64,000 nt of DNA, taken from the NCBI GenBank assembly GCA_963828525.1, contig CAWHEP010000009.1, positions 349,788 through 413,787 of the forward strand, in the 5' to 3' direction. Shown here piece by piece: positions 60,973 through 64,000 of the stretch (its first letter is position 1; every line of letters begins with the position of its first letter). The DNA comes from an uncultured Verrucomicrobiae bacterium (GTDB lineage Bacteria; Verrucomicrobiota; Verrucomicrobiia; Chthoniobacterales; Chthoniobacteraceae). Position numbers and translations under genes: made by a program. The notes beneath the pieces were generated by a model. That model made no database searches and had not been told where the DNA came from. It saw nothing but the letters and a program-made list of their open reading frames with translations.

Positions 60973-61884
60973 ATGAAAAATGTGCTCAAGGGTCTCCTGT
61001 CTCCCAAAATAGGAGCCACGGATCTGCGGAATCGCACCGCGTGGCTCCAACTTGACGATAATACGCCATACCCTGTTGCCGGGCCCTGCTCAATCGGCAG
61101 AGCAAAGACGAATACCGTTGCGATCTCATCCGAAAAAGTGTCTCGCCTCCACGCGTTGGTCCACGTGCAAGATCGCGGCGCGCACTGGCTGGTTGACCTG
61201 GGAAGTTGCAACGGCACATACCTCAACGGACAACGCGTGGTTCAGCCCGTGCGACTGGAGGACGAAGACGTCATCCTTGTTGGCGACCATCGCGTTCGAT
61301 TCTTTGTAAGAGCTGCTGGCACGGATACGGACGACGCGCTGCTCGAGGAAGCTCAGATGACCGTGCGAGAGACAAGGGAGGTTCCATGCTGGTTTCTCGT
61401 CGCGGACATCGCAAATTTTGTTTCGCTAAGCGCGTCAATGAGCCAGGACGAGATGGCTCAAACCATCGGGGAGTGGCTTGCCGCATCCCGCCTCCTCATC
61501 CATGGCCACAGAGGCACCATCAACCAGTATCTCGGCGATGGATTTCTGGGATACTGGGATGGACGACAAGCCCTTCCTGGCATTGTCTGGGAATGCTTCC
61601 AGGCAATGAAGCAGGCGCAAAAGGCTTCAAAATTGCCATTTCGCCTCACTCTGCATTTCGGCAAGGCAGTGGTGGGAGGCTCACCAGCGATGGGAGACGC
61701 GGGCCTGTTTGGGCCGGACGTGAACTTTGCGTTCCGCATGGACAAGCTCGCCAAGGCTCTTGCCGTTGATTGCATGCTGAGCCAGCAAGCTTATGAGGCG
61801 TTTGATCAGCCCGAGGATGCGCGCAGCCTTGGAATGCACCCGGTCCCGGGTCTGCAAGGCAGCTACTCGTTCTTCTCAATATGA
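60973..61884 (+). CDS. FHA domain plus class III nucleotidyl cyclase
   Basis: FHA (IGRAKTN...VSRLHA...DLGSCNGTYLNG); cyclase FLVADI, LGDGF, GPDVNFAFRM. Confidence 0.88.
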   Translation: MKNVLKGLLSPKIGATDLRNRTAWLQLDDNTPYPVAGPCSIGRAKTNTVAISSEKVSRLHALVHVQDRGAHWLVDLGSCNGTYLNGQRVVQPVRLEDEDVILVGDHRVRFFVRAAGTDTDDALLEEAQMTVRETREVPCWFLVADIANFVSLSASMSQDEMAQTIGEWLAASRLLIHGHRGTINQYLGDGFLGYWDGRQALPGIVWECFQAMKQAQKASKLPFRLTLHFGKAVVGGSPAMGDAGLFGPDVNFAFRMDKLAKALAVDCMLSQQAYEAFDQPEDARSLGMHPVPGLQGSYSFFSI

Positions 61885-62159
61885 AGCAGCGGGGTTAAAC
61901 AGGGACGCATCCCAGAAAGTTCCGCCGTGCTTTCGGTACAAAGATGTCATACAAATTGGCAGGATTACTGCTTCCAAAACCGCGACATCTAATCATCGCT
62001 TCGATTTTCCCCCGGGACGCTGAATGCACGGAAATGACATCACAAGCAACGGAACAAAGGGCTTCAACAGAGCTCGCCGCAGGAGAAAACACTCTTTGAA
62101 TGCCTTACCAAGCGGGTGTCTGGTCCCAAACGAGGGATGAACTTCCGTGATCGCGCGCA

Positions 62160-64000
62160 ATGAAGTTCGTGAAGGACAATCCTACAGTCATTAGTGGCCC
62201 CTCGTCCGGGAGTGTGAGGACGGAGGATGTATTTGTCTTTCCCGCTTCCTTCGCGCAGCAGCGATTGTGGTTTTTGGATCAGCTCGATCCCGGGCGCCCA
62301 ACGTACAACGTGACCATCGCCCTCAGGCTCCAGGGCCCCCTCAGCGTGCCGATCCTTGCGAGGACGATCGGTGAGATCATACGACGTCACGAAATCCTGC
62401 GGACTACGTTTGAGCTATCGGATGGGCAGGCGGTTCAGATCGTTTCTCCGCCTCGTCCGCTCCTGTTCCCAACTGTTGACCTGCGGATGCTGGACGAGGC
62501 AAAGCGAAAGATCGAAGCAGAACGTTTGATGAGCGAAGAAGCTCGCACGCCATTCGACCTTCACACCGGCCCCTTATTTCGAGCTCGCTTGCTGTGTGTC
62601 AATGACCAGGAACACATCCTTATCGCGAATAGCCACCACAGCATCACAGACGCGTGGTCGCAGGAGATTTTCGAGAAGGAACTGGTCGCGATTTATGAGG
62701 CGTATTGCGCGGGAGAGGAGTCTCCGCTTGCGGATCTCGCGCTTCAGTACCGGCGACTTCGCGGAGTGGCAGCGTGACGCTCTCAAATCGGACGAAATAG
62801 GACGCCAGACTGAATATTGGAAGGAAACTCTAAAGGGAACTCCTGCTCTCGAGTTGCCTACCGACCATCCGCGCCCGAACGCCTTCAGTTACAATGGTGA
62901 CTCACATGCCTTTCATTGCTCCAAAGAGCTGTCGGACGAACTGCGGGCGCTGACGAAGAAGCAGGGCGCCACTTTGTTCATGACGATGCTCGCGGCGTTC
63001 GAAGCGCTTCTCGCCCGCCACTCCGGGCAAAACGACTTCGCTATTGGCACGCCGATCGCAAACAGGGGCCGCGCGGAAATAGAGGGCCTAATGGGCATTT
63101 TCCTGAACACCCTGGTGCTGCGCGCTGATCTGAACGGAGATCCCACTTTCCTTGAGTTGATAGCGCGCGCGAAAGGCACAGCCCTTGGAGCATTCAATAA
63201 CCAGGATCTCCCTTTCGAGGTGCTCGTAGAAGAACTCCAGCCTGAACGAAATCCCGGCAGAAATCCTCTTTGCCAGGTCATGCTTGTGCTCGTGCAGGCT
63301 CCCCTCACCAACCGAACCATGGGAGATATATTAATCTCCGATGTAAAAATCGAAAACAAGACGGCAAAATTTGATCTAACTCTCTTTTTGACGGACGGCC
63401 CCGATGGCATTCAAGGGCTGCTCGGATACAATACTGATTTGTTCACCGCTTCGCGAATTGAGCGCATGGCGGAGCATTTCGTGAATCTTCTGACCGGCGC
63501 GGTGTCAAATCCCCGCCTGAGGATCTCTCAAGTTCCGCTTCTTGGAAAAGCGGAGCGGGACACACTCCTTTTTGGATGGAATGACACGTCTGCTGATTAT
63601 TCAGGGGACGCCCTCTGGGAGGGCTCATCGAAGCGCAGGTCCTTCGCTCCCCGGACGCAGTGGCAGTTGTTTTTGAGGATACTCGCCTGACCTACGCGGA
63701 ATTTGACAGCCTCTCGAACAAACTCGCGCAATGTCTCGTCAGCAAGGGTGTTGGACCGGACTCGCTGGTTGGTGTGTGCATGGAGCGGTCCCTGGAGATG
63801 GTCGTCGCGCTCGTGGGAGTGCTGAAAGCAGGCGCGGCCTATGTGCCCCTGGATCCTGCATACCCAAAGGATCGACTCGCATTTATGGTGGCTGACGCCC
63901 GGATGCCGGTTCTCCTCGCGCAAAGCCATATCATCCTGCCGCCACACGACGCTCTCGTGATAATGCTTGATGCCGGATGAGGCAGATCGCCGGGTATCCT
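62160..64000 (+). CDS. Non-ribosomal peptide synthetase, condensation plus start of adenylation domain (frameshifts ~62751, ~63621, ~63979; runs off the window)
   Basis: PASFAQQRLWFL, RHEILRT, HHSITD, QY|GDFAEWQ, LELPTDHPRP, AKFDL; A domain LTYAEF, LKAGAAYVPLDPAYP. Confidence 0.93.

Noticed and set aside
1..64000. CRISPR array, rRNA, IS/transposase, integrase, prophage or recognised defence genes
   Set aside because: No regularly spaced repeats, rRNA-like tracts or such protein motifs were recognised by eye; short or divergent elements could have been missed.

Overview
A gene-dense, moderately GC-rich bacterial chromosomal segment. It is most consistent with a Verrucomicrobiota (Chthoniobacterales-like) genome, inferred from the LpxC-FabZ fusion, a PEP-CTERM protein, a DUF6268-like barrel and PVC-type hypotheticals. 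Housekeeping genes include valS, pnp, rpsO, dnaX-ybaB, miaB, hemB, fabD, coaX, lpxC/fabZ-lpxA and yajQ. Accessory genes include an EmrAB-NodT efflux operon, a hybrid histidine kinase, a ~2,160-aa secreted giant protein, a TPR-AAA/TPR-membrane pair, an FHA-coiled-coil-REC protein, an active plus inactive Deg protease pair, a divergent Ser/Thr kinase and FHA-cyclase pair, and the start of an NRPS at the right edge. About 16 single-base frameshifts break otherwise intact genes, including essential valS, so they are treated as sequencing or assembly errors rather than pseudogenes. Six of them lie in or directly beside an observed or reconstructed GTAC and a seventh is 4 nt from one, which suggests GTAC methylation. 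Two unannotated structured intergenic RNA candidates were found by hand folding: 24205-24407, with a tRNA-like cloverleaf, and 33056-33189. Three ORFs missing from the ORF track were also found. No rRNA, canonical tRNA, CRISPR array, transposase or phage gene was recognised. All family assignments come from motif recognition by eye, not database searches.
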